Source: Eledone cirrhosa
Taxonomy: Eukaryota
Direction of reading: 5' to 3'
Assembly (NCBI GenBank): GCA_964016885.1
Contig: OZ024747.1
Coordinates: forward strand, 91,450,001-91,514,000
DNA length: 64,000 nucleotides
The translations under genes were made by a program, and so were the position numbers. The notes under the pieces are model-generated. The model was not told where the DNA came from. It ran no database searches and worked only from the letters and a program-made list of their open reading frames with translations. Below are positions 14,881 to 27,758 of this stretch, piece by piece. Every line of letters begins with the position of its first letter. Position 1 is the stretch's first letter.

Positions 14881-15653
14881 CATGCTCCTAAACCTTTATT
14901 TCAATAGTACCTACATCTCCACAAACACGCGTACGCACACAAACACACGCACGCACGCAAACGCGCGCGCATACACGCACGCGCGCAAACACGCGCACGC
15001 GTAGAACACACGCGCACACCGCACACACCGCACACACGCACACGCACACACGCACACGCCACACACACCGCACACGCACACACGCACACACGCACACACG
15101 TCACACGCACACACGCACATGATCTGAATCAACTAAACCTTTATTTCGATAGTACCTACATCTCTACAAACACACGCACACAAAAACACGCACATACCAC
15201 ACGCTACACGCACCACACGCTACACGCACCACACCCCACACACACCCCACACCACGCCACACCACACACACACACCACACACACACACACACTTATGTAC
15301 ATGAATTATAAATCAACCATATTCATTCGGGAATGCGCGTGCACGCACACCACACAGACAACACATACACATATCTATCTATCTATCTACATAGAGAGAG
15401 AGAGAGAGAGAGAGAGATTAAAGAAAATATAATCACACTCATACACTTGATTGCTGTGGTAAAACAGGAAAGTGAACCTAAACTGATAAAAAACAGTGAA
15501 ACTGAAAATGAAATTAATGATATAGAACTAGAATTTAATGAGAAACTCATTTCAAAACATTGCCTTCCTAACATCATTTCTATATTTAAATAATTTTCTG
15601 ATTAATTGAAACCATATCGACTTCCTTCATCTTAAAGCTCATTAGCTAGAAAT

Positions 15654-15842
15654 AATTGTTTCTACTTTTGCCACAAGGCCAGCAATTATCCCAGTGCATT
15701 ATTGGTACTTTATTTTATCGACCCCGTAAGGATGAAAGGCAAAGTTAACCTCGGCAGGACTTGAACTCAGACCATAAACGGCTGTAACTCTATGCTGCAA
15801 AGCAGGGCATTAGGCCCTCTACCGATACTGCCAATCCACCGC
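15654..15842 (-). mobile_element. SINE family A copy
   Basis: Reverse complement of family consensus (TTTATCGACCCCGTAAGGATGAAAGGCAAAG...GAACTCAG...CCAATCCACCGC). Confidence 0.85.
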
Positions 15843-16483
15843 AATATCGCGATGTAGTACACAAATAAGTTTGTGTTCCCACTTTCGCTTTATCACAGAC
15901 AAAACATGTGCAGGTGTGCCATGTAAGTTACTTTAGATGAGTAGACAAAATTTACTAACACTCCTCTCTTTAACAAAACTTTAACAAAACTTCACCATAT
16001 TGTATTAACCCATAAATATAAGTGTTAAAGACATATATACGAAACTTTATTATAAATATTGCACAACAGACTAGAGGAATAGCCAAGTGTCTCCATCCAA
16101 TTTTATCGAGCCAAATAGAGAGATAAATGGTTTTTACGCATCCATCTGCAATCTTTCTAATTTAAGATTGCAGGAACTCTTCTTCTCTCTTTCTAAAAAT
16201 CTATATATTCAATAGCGAATAGTGTTATTGGATGTAATTTGAATGAATGCAACATGAATAGTGAGGAGCTTGTGGTTGTTGGTCGTTTAGCCCTGGGTTA
16301 CACCTAATAGAGCAAATTTATGACCAAATGCGTTCAGGCCATGACTATCGAGTTTTTATACGCACACGTACACACACGTACACACACGCAGACACACACA
16401 TACAGACATAATCCTTTATTCATGAGGAATATTTAAGGAAGATTTGATTGCTCGATCTACCTGCCTAAATCTGTATATATATA

Positions 16484-18420
16484 GTTATACTTGGGGAGGG
16501 TCATATTTGTGTAATATTGCCAGAATTAATAACAGAACACACTCACTGTTTGGTAGGTTATCGCTTTTCGCTTCTGTGTCTTTTATATCGGTAATCTAAT
16601 TTATTCGGTCCTCAATGTTGCCATTGACTGACCAACGGTCAAAAATAATACAGATACAATATAGACACAAACACATATATATAGTTTATCAAAGTTCTTT
16701 CGTTGCACATCTGCAGCATCGTCAGTGGTGCTATAGATTCCTCCCGTTGCATTGTATTTCTACGCCATCTTTATTTAGTCTGTTTATATATTTATTTATT
16801 TATTTATTTATTTGTTTGTTTATTTTATTTTGTCTTCTTTGCGCATGCGTTTGCGTGTGTGTATAGTGTTTTGTTTGATGTGTGTTCGTGATTGGGTGAC
16901 TGTGTATTGGTTAATGTATTCTATGTTTACTAGTGTGTGTTTATATGTGTTTGTTGTTATTGTGCTTGTGTATGTATTTATTTATTTATTTATTTATCTA
17001 TTTATTATTTATTTATACTTCTCTTAGGTCAGTGTTGTTTGTTTGGGTGTTGTTGTTATTCCATTCATTCTGTTTAGTCTTGGCCTTCTAAGTTCTATTT
17101 CACTGGCCTCTCTGATTTGCCTATCTGCTGGGTCATTTCTATGTTTAGATATTATTCTAATTTCTATGTTGTCTATGTTACCGTCGTGTTGTTGTCTGGC
17201 ATGTTCGTATAGTACTTACCCGTTTTTTCGTCCTTTTAGTTCCCCCCAGTGTTGGTCTATCCTTTCACCTATGCTACGAGTTGTTTCGCCTATGTATGTT
17301 GTTGTTATGTTTCTGCAAGTACCCTCTGTACATCTTATGCTATAGACTACGTTTCTAGTTTTACAGTTTATCCGGGGGTTTACCTTACATATGATACATT
17401 TCCTATTAGTACAGTGGGTTTTCTTAAAAGGGTAGGTTTTGCTGATCAGGGATTTTATGGTGGTTCCTGGCTTTTCTACCACCTTAATCTTTAAGTGGGT
17501 CTTTCGCAGGGCCTTTCTACACTGGTTAACTAATTTCCCTCCAGGGGTAGCATCCACAAACATAACACTCTGGTATCTCTGGTTGTCGTACCATGAGGTG
17601 GCTTTCCCTATCTTATGTCTAGCCCTATCTAAGCTATTCCAGGATTTGCTCCTGTATAGTGGGAAAATTCCTTTCATGTCCAGTTCTATGAGGGTTTTAT
17701 ACTTCTCCATGGCTCCTTCGTATACTCTGACTCTGTCTCTTTGGTTGTAGCCAGAGAACTGCATGCGGTTGGTGAAGTGTTGGATGTGTCTTTCCATTTC
17801 TGTTGGGTCGCACATGCGGGACACATTCTTCATCACTCGTACCAAATCTGCGATCAGAATATTAAACTTAGCACTACTGGACATTGCTGAGTTTTTGAGT
17901 ATCAGGTATTTGGAGGCCATGGGTTTAGCATAGTGTGAGTGGAGAATTTGGGCTCTCTCGTCTATAGTGTTAATCCAGAGTTCCGTGTCTAATACAGGTA
18001 GTCTATTGTTAGGGCGTTTGGAAGGATAGTCGATAGTTACAGTTATACTCTGGTGTATGGAATTAGCTATCTGCTGGATGCTTTCCATTGTGCTACGTTC
18101 TAAATCAAACTTGTTAGTACTCTCTAGTGGGGATGTTCTTATAACTATATTGATATTGTCTACGTAACGAGAGTACATGATGAGGTCTATGGAACTCTCA
18201 TTAAGGAGATCTTTAAGTCTCCTTTCCCACCATACCATAAAAAGGTTGGCAACATCACCAGCTATGCTGACGCCAATGGCTGGTCCCTCATTTTGGGTGT
18301 AGATCTTATCGTTGAACTTGAATATGTGGCCCTTTAGGGTAGTTTTGATACTAGCCCTGTGTTCTGTTATTAATTCTGGCAATATTACACAAATATGACC
18401 CCCCCCCCCCCAAGTGTAAC
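16484..18420 (-). mobile_element. Penelope-like element, 5'-truncated (RT C-half + GIY-YIG + 3' UTR + HHR) with 5' inverted copy of its 3' end
   Basis: ORF 17216..18463; 18358-18420 is the reverse complement of 16484-16541; 3' end abuts TATATA. Confidence 0.88.
16688..16729 (-). ncRNA. Hammerhead ribozyme in PLE 3' terminal region (slightly degenerate)
   Basis: Minus strand ACCA-CTGACGA-TGC..TGCAAC-GAAA-GAAC-TT-TGAT. Confidence 0.55.
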
Positions 18421-18463
18421 AATATTTGTTTCGACACACGATTTCATATAAAAAACCTCGCAA
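17216..18463 (-). CDS. Penelope-type reverse transcriptase C-half + GIY-YIG endonuclease (true coding begins ~18355; degenerate)
   Basis: [25 protein letters not shown] (YVDD-like), [17 protein letters not shown]...[16 protein letters not shown]. Confidence 0.88.
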   Translation of the reverse strand: MRGFLYEIVCRNKYCYTWGGGGHICVILPELITEHRASIKTTLKGHIFKFNDKIYTQNEGPAIGVSIAGDVANLFMVWWERRLKDLLNESSIDLIMYSRYVDNINIVIRTSPLESTNKFDLERSTMESIQQIANSIHQSITVTIDYPSKRPNNRLPVLDTELWINTIDERAQILHSHYAKPMASKYLILKNSAMSSSAKFNILIADLVRVMKNVSRMCDPTEMERHIQHFTNRMQFSGYNQRDRVRVYEGAMEKYKTLIELDMKGIFPLYRSKSWNSLDRARHKIGKATSWYDNQRYQSVMFVDATPGGKLVNQCRKALRKTHLKIKVVEKPGTTIKSLISKTYPFKKTHCTNRKCIICKVNPRINCKTRNVVYSIRCTEGTCRNITTTYIGETTRSIGERIDQHWGELKGRKNG

Positions 18464-18477
18464 AACTAATTCATCGC

Positions 18478-18605
<128 letters not shown>

Positions 18606-18620
18606 GATATATATGTATAT

Positions 18621-18835
18621 ATGTATAATAGAAAAATACTAGGAAGTTTCGTTTACGTATAAAATATATTTTTTGTCACATTTTTTGAGCAGATCGATAG
18701 TGGAGTTGGGTCCATAACTCATATGGGTGACCGTGAGCCAATCCTCTGCGAAACGCGCGTAACAGGTCGACACAAAATAAAATATCTTTTATATGTAAAC
18801 GAAACTTCCTCGTTTTTTTTTACTATTATATACAT
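18621..18835. repeat. Inverted-repeat cassette next to (TA)n with 3' half of an HHR (GAAACGCGCGTA)
   Basis: Arms 18621-18677 / 18769-18835; GCAGA..TCTGC stem precedes GAAA; CTGATGA lost at the inversion junction. Confidence 0.6.
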
Positions 18836-19859
18836 TCTGCCTTTGCATAGAGTGCTTGCTTTGATACCAACACCAGTAATTCACTGAACCACCTACACTA
18901 TATATATATAGTATTTAGTATAAGCAAAGTTTCATACAATTAACATATATGTACTACCATTGGTTTCAGGGTCCAGCCATGGCCATCACTGTATAATGGA
19001 GGAGGCACTTTTGAACTGGCCCTTCATTTAGGCACGTAGTGTGTGAGTGTTGGTATAAAGCAGTGAGGAGATAGAAATCATGTTGTTGCCTATATGCGAG
19101 GGAGTTTGTGTGCATGTCAGCTGACCAACATAGACAATGATAGAGGCTGACATGTTAGGTCTATGAATAGGCGGAAAAGTGTGTGCATACGTAACTTCAC
19201 TCACGCCTTCTCCATTCTGTCTGCAGGGGCTGTGGGGGACGCCATCAATATGTTTGCCCGACTTGTCACTTTTTTTAGTCAACTGTTGCTGTCGTTAAAT
19301 AACTAGGTATTTGTAGGTTAGCATTGATAGTCGTTTGGTTTTCTCCATCTTAGAAACATCTTACACATCTCTTCACATATAAGGATTTATATAATTTTGT
19401 ATTTTCTATACATGGCCATACAAGCATACGCACAAGTGGAGACGATCTTTATGTGATATAGGAGGATGTCACCTTTTCAAATTGTAAGTTGAAATTATTG
19501 CATAACTGAAAGAAGATGAAGCACATTGTACCAGGTACAAACTCTGTTCCTACGTAAAGCTCTTAATATGTTAAATTATTTCAGGAAATATATATAATTC
19601 TTAAAAGAGATACTTCAAAACTTTTCAAACCTTATATATATACGAACGTTCGATCATCGCAGGCAGACAGAGGTAATTGTTACAAACACTATAAATATTT
19701 GCTCAACTAAAGCAAATGACAGACAATCTGTTTATAAAACGCCGCACCTTACGATAAATGTTGTAAATAAAATGTGCAGACTTTATCAGAGTTTGTAGGA
19801 AATAGAAGCAGTTCCTAGCTTGTACAAAAATAGCAATTTATGACAAATATGACGTACAT

Positions 19860-19908
19860 TTACAGATGCACATACACACGTAGTATATATGTGTGTGTGT
19901 ATCTATAT

Positions 19909-19965
<57 letters not shown>

Positions 19966-19985
19966 TACACATATATATGTACGTG

Positions 19986-20017
<32 letters not shown>

Positions 20018-20094
20018 CATTATATATATATAAATATATATATATACACATACACTATATATATATATATATATGTGCACATACACTATATATA

Positions 20095-20162
<68 letters not shown>

Positions 20163-20166
20163 CATG

Positions 20167-20221
<55 letters not shown>

Positions 20222-20440
20222 GTATACATGTATATACATATATATATATACATGTATATATATATATATATATATAAACGTGTGTATATATATATATATA
20301 CATGTATATAAATATATATATATATACGCGTGTATATATATATATACACGTGTATATATATATATATATATACGCATGTATATATATATGTATATATATA
20401 TACACATATGTATATATATATGTGTGTGCGTGTGTCTGTG

Positions 20441-20470
<30 letters not shown>
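19860..20470. repeat. Compound (TA)n/(CA)n microsatellite; representative of dozens of similar tracts
   Basis: Direct reading; such tracts generate the spurious YI/CV ORFs. Confidence 0.95.
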
Positions 20471-20471
<1 letters not shown>

Positions 20472-20600
20472 CCAAAATTAAGATAAATCAAATGAATTTA
20501 ATCTAAATCAAAATTATGGGTGTCATGCCAGAAAGACATGCGCCATATCACCCGCAAAATAAGCTCTAAGATTCTAACGAGTAGGTCCGAGCATTTTATA

Positions 20601-21132
20601 ATAACTAGAAATTGATTAACATATAAATAAACATGAATAATCACAGGAGATAATTTTTACAAGTGTGTAACCACACATAGCTAGGTAGGTAACTAAATAA
20701 AGTTGACCAGAACTTAAAAAATAGATACCTTATAATATGATTAATCTTCCCTGTATATATTCCATTAAAGAAATATATTTCACCAATTAATCGGATGGTA
20801 AACCACGGAAATGGAGACTTGGATTTTCAACAAGGAAGAAGTTCCAGCGATCCGTGTTTACACTTCAAGTTCAAATCAGCGACTGGCCAGCAACACGTGG
20901 TATATCTATTAGAAATACACACACCATACTAGCTTCGTCCGATTAATTGGTGAAATATATTTCTTTAATGGAATATAAACAGGGAAGATTAATCATATTA
21001 TAAGGTATCTATTTTTGAAGTTTTGGTCAACTTTATTTAGTTACCTACCTAGCTATGTGTGGTTACACACTTGTAAAAATTATCTCCTGTGATTATTCAT
21101 GTTTATTTATATGTTAATCAATTTCTAGTTAT
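20601..21132. repeat. ~195-bp inverted repeat cassette ending in (TA)n (PLE-terminal type)
   Basis: 20601-20795 is the reverse complement of 20938-21132 with few mismatches. Confidence 0.85.
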
Positions 21133-21147
21133 ATATATATATATACA

Positions 21148-21185
<38 letters not shown>

Positions 21186-21319
21186 CTGCTACTATAGTTC
21201 ATAATAATCGTTCGGCTGCTGTCTTCTTGGAACTTAGTCCACGCTTTGCTTTTTTCCATCCACTGAATTATTTTTGTATAAGTTCCCTGTGTCCACGCAT
21301 TGCCTGGGAACTTAGCTGA

Positions 21320-21381
21320 GAATAGACTTCCCTGATGACGAAAGGATTTCTCCATGCGTCCTTCGGAAACCATGTTTATTC
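21320..21381 (+). ncRNA. Degenerate hammerhead (cleavage-site region deleted) in (TA)n-bounded cassette 21183-21575
   Basis: GAATAGAC.TTCC-CTGATGA-CGAAAGGA..TCCTTCG-GAAA-CCATG|TTTATTC. Confidence 0.45.
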
Positions 21382-21572
21382 CCTTTCAGAAACTAATTAG
21401 TTGGAGTGAAATTTTAGTAAGTAAGTTAATTTTTATAATTTTCTTATTTTACGTCTTTCATATTATTGTTCTGCATCCCCTTGCATTGAACTACAAAGTT
21501 ACTAAGACAAAACCAATATATTTGCTAGCATAGGTATGCATCTTTAGATATATGTTGGTAGATATACTAATT

Positions 21573-21697
<125 letters not shown>

Positions 21698-22075
21698 TAA
21701 ACATTACTAGTATTTTATCGACCCCGTAAAGATGAAAGGCAGTAGAATAATATTCTGATGAAATATTAAAATTCGAAAGCACTCATTATCAAATGAATAA
21801 TACTAACTCAGTAACAAGTATCGTAGACTATAGCCACGTGACTGTACATACTAATTATACTAATATTAATCTTAGTTTTAATTCTAATCATAATTTTAAG
21901 TCTAACACACCAATCCTTCTACACTTCCACCTTCACCTAAACGAACAATAAAACACAAAATGTATACCGTCTTTAAACAGGTTTTATCTCGTGTATTCTA
22001 GCTTCCCCTCGCAGCTCCCTATATCTTTCTCACCTTATCTTAATCTCGACCCTACGCCATACGATAATAATAATA

Positions 22076-22262
22076 ACTGTTTCTACTTTAGGCACAAGGC
22101 CAGCAATTACCCAGTGCATTACTAGTACTTTATTTTATCGACCCCGTAAGGATGAAAGGCAAAGTCAAACTCGGCGGGATTTGAACTCAGATCGTAAAGG
22201 GACGTAACTATGCTGGAAAGCATGGCGTCCGACCCTCTACCGATACTGCCAATCCACCACCC
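22076..22262 (-). mobile_element. SINE family A copy adjacent to (TAA)n
   Basis: Full-length match to family; (TAA)n at 22264-22338. Confidence 0.85.
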
Positions 22263-22280
22263 TACAATAATAATAATAAT

Positions 22281-22338
<58 letters not shown>

Positions 22339-22523
22339 GGGAAGAAGACGCACGAGGTGGTAGAAGGTCATGAAATCGCTCCCGTAAGTTTTGAATTTTT
22401 AACATATTTAAATCATTTGTGAAATAACAACTCTTAGTACAAATGCTACGTAAAGCATCCGGCTTGAGCCCCAAAAAAATTCGGACCCAAAATATATTGT
22501 TATAAGGCTCAAATATTCAAATA

Positions 22524-22890
22524 TTCAACTTTGTATTGTACATTGTATATTCAAAAAAGAAAATGGCTACAAATGGAAGAAACCCCCCCCCCCCCCCCCT
22601 CCTCTGTCTACACTATATAGAACAGCCAAACAACACCAATCTCACCAACACCAGAAACTAGATACACCACCTACCCCATCACCTCTCTTTGTACACTAAA
22701 CACAACAGCCAGATAACGGCCATCATTACTACCACTATCCCACCATCACCGCCGCCACCACTCCTTCATTGCTACCACCGCTACAACACCATCACTACAG
22801 TAATACGATCACATCACCACCACCACTGCCTCGGTATCGACATCACCACCACCACTGTCTCAGTATCGCTACCGCCGCTGCTGTCTCCCA
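22524..22890 (+). repeat. Direct repeat copy 1 (~370 bp, CAC-rich)
   Basis: Homologous to 26564-26935 (TCAACTTTGTATTGTACATTGTATATTCAAAAAAGAAAATGG...). Confidence 0.85.
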
Positions 22891-23239
22891 TTGCTTCTGC
22901 TAGTTGCTGCCACCACATTATAGAATTCCTACTAAAAAAGAGGAAGGCATCAAAATATATAGATAGACTCAAAAGAAAAAAGAAAAAACAAACATCAAAA
23001 CCAAAACAACACAGCAACAACAGCAAAAAACGAGAAAAACAAACAGAGAAAAACAAAAACAAAAAACAAAAAAAAACGTAAAGAAAATAAGAATGAAGAG
23101 AGGAACAAGCGGACGGGCAGAGAAGAGAGGGAAAACCTAAGTCAGACATTCGAACACTACATTACAATGAAACTTATGCTTATTCATTTTGGGTTTTTTT
23201 TATGCCTGCCTGTTTGTTTGTTTATTTGTATTCGTCTAC

Positions 23240-26200
23240 AGCGTGGTGATAATGCCACACAAGTGCCAAATGGAACGGCGCAACCACCGGAAACGGTGAA
23301 TCCACAGATGGCTATGTAACCATACATTCGCCAATCCTGGATAAGAGTGTTTAAATATCGAACCTAAACAGTTCGAATAACGGTGAAATGGAGACTAGAA
23401 CGTCATGTGACAGACTCTCACCCAACAGGTGCCGCCTGGCTCAGCAGCAGGAACCTGACTGTCAACCAAATACTGCTGGTGTTGGAGGAAGAAGAAGAAG
23501 AAGGAAAGGGGCCAGAACCAACTGGACGAAAGAATTGAATAGAACTGTTATGCAATGTTACCTGAAAAGTAACCCCAAGGAGAGGGGCTATAGGAGACGG
23601 ATGCATAACATCTGGAACGAGATTGGTCTATTTAAATTAGATGAACAAAAATTGGCCGGGCAGACTCGGGTAATAAGAACTAATGGGTGGATAAGCGAGC
23701 TGGAACTGGAGGAACTGAGCAGAGAGAATAGCTTGGAGATGGAGGGTGTAGTATGCCAGACAAACGAGCCAGTGGGAAATGAAGGTGTAGAGGTCGAGAG
23801 AACGGAGGAACCACCCGAAGCAGACAATGATCTGAACACTGAGATAAATAATACCTGGAACAGAGATACGGCCACTGAGGAGATGAATGCTGACGGGCTG
23901 GGACAAGATTCGGTTGACATCCTAAATTTAGTGGTAGATGAATTGAACAATGATAGCGGGAGACCTATGAACCTAAGATTTGTAGACAGGAAAAAGTTAA
24001 AAGAAACAACAGCTAAGGTAAATAAAGTCATCCCATACCTTGAGGCGAGGAGCCTTCACCAGTGCAACAATATCCTCAAAGCAACAGCAAATACGGTGAG
24101 GAAACTACTTGGTATAAAAGCGAGAGGAAACAACAGACAAGAAAGAGCAGAGCCTTGGTGGAAGAAACGACTAAGTGGTCAAATCAAGGAAATGAGAAAT
24201 GACATAGGAAAGCTTGAGTCACTACAGAATGGGACACTAAAAAACATAGGCACTAAAAATAGACTGGAAATAAAGTACAAAACTAGGAGGAAAAAGCTAA
24301 ATATTATCATAGAGGAACTGAAGCAACGCATTGTAGCAAAGAGTGCAAAAATCAGGCGATACGAGAACAGAGTCAGTCAGTATAAACAGAACCGCATGTT
24401 CGACAACAACCAGAAGATGCTGTTTGGACAGCTTGAGGGGAAAGAAAGAGGCAACGACTTGATCCCTGAGGCGGAACAAACTAAAACATTCTGGAGAGGA
24501 ATATGGGAACAGGATGTTAGACATAATAACCAGGCAGGGTGGATTGAGACAGTACAGAGGGAGATCGGTGAGCAGGCACACCAACAAACTGATTTGAGTA
24601 TCACAGTTGAAACTCTTAAGGGGCAGGCAAAAAAACTAACCAACTGGAAATCACCAGGCCCAGATGGTATGCAGCGGTATTGGATTAAAAATTTAACATC
24701 CCTCCACCCGAAACTGACGGCCATGTTCAATGACTGCTTGGTGTCGGGTGAGGTGCCAGAGTGGTTGACAAAAGGTACCACAGTTCTGATAATGAAAGAC
24801 CGAATCAAGGGTAATGATGTTACCAACTATAGACCTATCACATGTCTGTCCGTAATGTGGAAACTGTTGACGAGCATTGTGTCTGAGGAAATCTACCATC
24901 ACCTCCACACAAACAACTTGTTACCGGACGAACAGAAAGGATGCCGAAAGAAGTCACGTGGTACAAAGGACCAGTTACTTATTGATAAGATGGTAATGGG
25001 GAATTGCAGGAGGAGACACACTGATCTTGCCATGGGATGGATAGACTACAGAAAGGCATTTGACATGGTGCCTCACTCTTGGATCACCAAAAGCCTGGAG
25101 ATCTTCAAGGTGGCAGATAACATCAGACAGTTGCTGGGCAGGAGTATGGGGTCCTGGGAGACAGAGTTGACATCAACTGGAGAATCCTTGGGAAGCGTGA
25201 AGATCAAGAGAGGTATCTTCCAGGGAGATAGCCTGTCCCCTCTGTTGTTTGTCCTTGCCCTGATGCCCTTGACCATTATGCTGCGAAAAGTGAGAGCAGG
25301 ATACAAGTTGGGAAAGGGAGAGCTTACCATCAATCACCTCCTCTTGATGGACGATCTTAAGCTCTTCGGGAAGAGTGAGAAGGAGTTGGATGTGCTTGTT
25401 GACACTGTCCGTATTTTCAGCAGTGATATATGTATGCAGTTTGGTATTAGTAAGTGTGGAGTCATTGTGATGGGGAGGGGTAGGTTGAGCAGAAGTAACG
25501 GAATCCAGATACCAACAGGTGAGATGATAAAGGAAATTGACTCTGAGGAAGGATACAAGTATTTGGGCGTTCTGGAGGCTGATGGCATAAAGAACAAAAA
25601 AATGAAGGAATTGTTAAGAACTGAATACATTCGGAGAGTAAGGAGCGTATTGAAGTCACACCTGAACAGCAGAAATGCCATAAGCGCAGTAAATTCCCGA
25701 GCTGTGTCTATTATTAGGTACAGTGCGGGAACTCTGAGATGGAATGTTGCTGAACAAAAAGAAATGGATAGGAAGACTAGGAAGCTATTGACTATCTACA
25801 ACATGTTCCACAAGAGGAGTGATGTCGATAGACTCTACCTAAGGAGATCTGAGGGTGGAAGAGGTCTTATCAGCATAGAGGACTGTGTTCAGATGGAGAA
25901 AAACAACCTATACAAATACGTGACTGATAGTAAGGAGCCAATGCTCAGAACTGTACTGAAGGAGGGGACAGTAGGCCAGGGGATGTCCAAGGAGAAAGAG
26001 CAGCCTTCAGGGAAAATCCCTTCATAGTACCTTCTTTGAGAAAACTGAATTTAGAGATCCACAGACATGGAACTGGTTGAGAAGAGGAGACCTAAAAAAG
26101 GCTACAGAAGGAATGTTAATGGCTGCGCAGGAGCAGGCCCTCAAAACGAAGTGGTTGAAACACCATATTTACAAGGAGGAGGCTAGCCCACTGTGCAGGA

Positions 26201-26563
26201 TCTGTGGAGAGAGGAGACTGTGGCTCACATTGTATCCGAGTGTAAACACCTAGCCCAGACCCACTATAAGGGCTGGAGACATGATGTGATGGGCAGGGTG
26301 ATCCACTGGCACCTGTGCAAAGTAAACAATTTACCACATTCTGAGAAATGGTATGAGCATAGGCCAGAGGCGGTGATGAAGAACGATCAGGTGAAGGTGC
26401 TGTGGGATTTTAGGATACAGACGGACAAGAAACTGGAACACAATAGACCTGACCTGGTGGTTGTGGACAAAGAAAAAAGAGCGTGTCTGATTGTGCATGT
26501 GGCCTGCCCATTCGACACGAGAGTGCAAGAGAAGGAGAGGGAGAAAATTAACCGATACCAAGA
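23240..26563 (+). mobile_element. R4/Dong-clade (REL endonuclease) non-LTR retrotransposon 1, 3'-truncated
   Basis: Single long ORF: N-term WTKELN..VMQCYLKSNPKERGYRRRM, RT (YRPITCL, WIDYRKAFD, GIFQGDSLSP, LLMDDLKL), CCHC (CRICG..ETVAHIVSEC), RHD, RPDLVV. 5' boundary approximate. Confidence 0.88.
23388..26027 (+). CDS. R4/Dong-like RT polyprotein (879 aa to first disruption; zinc knuckle/REL continue out of frame to 26563)
   Basis: ORF track plus RT motifs; downstream ORF 26193..26612 carries REL motifs. Confidence 0.9.
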   Translation: METRTSCDRLSPNRCRLAQQQEPDCQPNTAGVGGRRRRRKGARTNWTKELNRTVMQCYLKSNPKERGYRRRMHNIWNEIGLFKLDEQKLAGQTRVIRTNGWISELELEELSRENSLEMEGVVCQTNEPVGNEGVEVERTEEPPEADNDLNTEINNTWNRDTATEEMNADGLGQDSVDILNLVVDELNNDSGRPMNLRFVDRKKLKETTAKVNKVIPYLEARSLHQCNNILKATANTVRKLLGIKARGNNRQERAEPWWKKRLSGQIKEMRNDIGKLESLQNGTLKNIGTKNRLEIKYKTRRKKLNIIIEELKQRIVAKSAKIRRYENRVSQYKQNRMFDNNQKMLFGQLEGKERGNDLIPEAEQTKTFWRGIWEQDVRHNNQAGWIETVQREIGEQAHQQTDLSITVETLKGQAKKLTNWKSPGPDGMQRYWIKNLTSLHPKLTAMFNDCLVSGEVPEWLTKGTTVLIMKDRIKGNDVTNYRPITCLSVMWKLLTSIVSEEIYHHLHTNNLLPDEQKGCRKKSRGTKDQLLIDKMVMGNCRRRHTDLAMGWIDYRKAFDMVPHSWITKSLEIFKVADNIRQLLGRSMGSWETELTSTGESLGSVKIKRGIFQGDSLSPLLFVLALMPLTIMLRKVRAGYKLGKGELTINHLLLMDDLKLFGKSEKELDVLVDTVRIFSSDICMQFGISKCGVIVMGRGRLSRSNGIQIPTGEMIKEIDSEEGYKYLGVLEADGIKNKKMKELLRTEYIRRVRSVLKSHLNSRNAISAVNSRAVSIIRYSAGTLRWNVAEQKEMDRKTRKLLTIYNMFHKRSDVDRLYLRRSEGGRGLISIEDCVQMEKNNLYKYVTDSKEPMLRTVLKEGTVGQGMSKEKEQPSGKIPS

Positions 26564-26935
26564 CTCAACTTTGTATTGTACATTGTATATTCAAAAAAGA
26601 AAATGGTTATAAATGGAAGAAGAACCCCCCCCCCCTCCTCTGTCTACGCTATATAGAACAGCCAAACAACACCAGAAACTAGATACAACACCTACCCCAT
26701 CACCTCTCTGTGTACACTAAACACAACAGCCAGATAACGGCAATTTCACCACCACCACTCACTACTGCCATCATTACCACCACTACCCCATCACCGCCGC
26801 CACCACTCCTTCATTGCTGCCACCGCTACAACACCATCGCTACAGAAATACGCTCACATCACCGCCACCACTGCCTCGGTATCGACATCACCACCACCAC
26901 TGTCTCAGTATCGATACCGTCGCTACTGTCTCCCA
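26564..26935 (+). repeat. Direct repeat copy 2; interrupts the 3' end of R4/Dong element 1
   Basis: Homologous to 22524-22890, with indels. Confidence 0.85.
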
Positions 26936-27758
26936 CATCTCCCCGCCGCCACCACTCCTTCAATGCTACCACCACTATTCCCCTGTTAACTTGAGAGAGA
27001 AAGGGGAAGGTGGTGGTATCACTAGACAAGGGAGAGGCTAGCAAAAGATATAAATAGATTGACTTAGTGACCTGGCCACATCAACAATTATGGGACTGCT
27101 GGCTCACCCCTTCCTCACCAACAATATAAAAAGCCCCGGCACCACCACCGACATAGCCAACAACAATAACAGCCAACCACAACAAAAAGTATATTATATT
27201 ATTGTAATGCACTGGGTGATTGCTGGCCTTGTGCCTGGAGTGGAGACAATTATTAATAATTTCATTCTTAAGCCACGCAATGCTTACATTAAGGAACCAC
27301 TCATGATAATAACAATTTAAAAAAACAAAAAAAGAAAACCCCGCGACCAAGAAATACCGGGATGGCGGCCGGCGGGGAATAGCCGTGTCTCTAGGGGAGA
27401 AAGACCCCTCTAGTCTTGGTTGACACTCGTTCTAGAAGTGGTAACACGAAATGATTACCCCTTGGCGGATAAGGATAAAACGCGACAAAATAAAGTAAAT
27501 GTCTAATGATAAAATCTCATACCGGATCGGCTGTCACCCGGGTAAAAAAGGTCCGCGTCCCTCAGAGAGGAACCAGACTGGGGTCGAAAAATCAGCTAAT
27601 GGTTCAAACCTTCCCATCACTTCGGAGCTGGAGACCTCCCATAACCGGAATACTCCTACTGTTGGCCCTCCATGCTCACCACCAAGAAATCCAAAGAAAA
27701 AGAGAGAAAAATGGTCAAGGGAAGATAATAAAGAAGTCCTTGAGGCTTCTACACTGCC

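Noticed and set aside
19028-19282. SLLYTNTHTL as the start of a CR1/L2 APE domain
   Set aside because: Single weak motif with no downstream support
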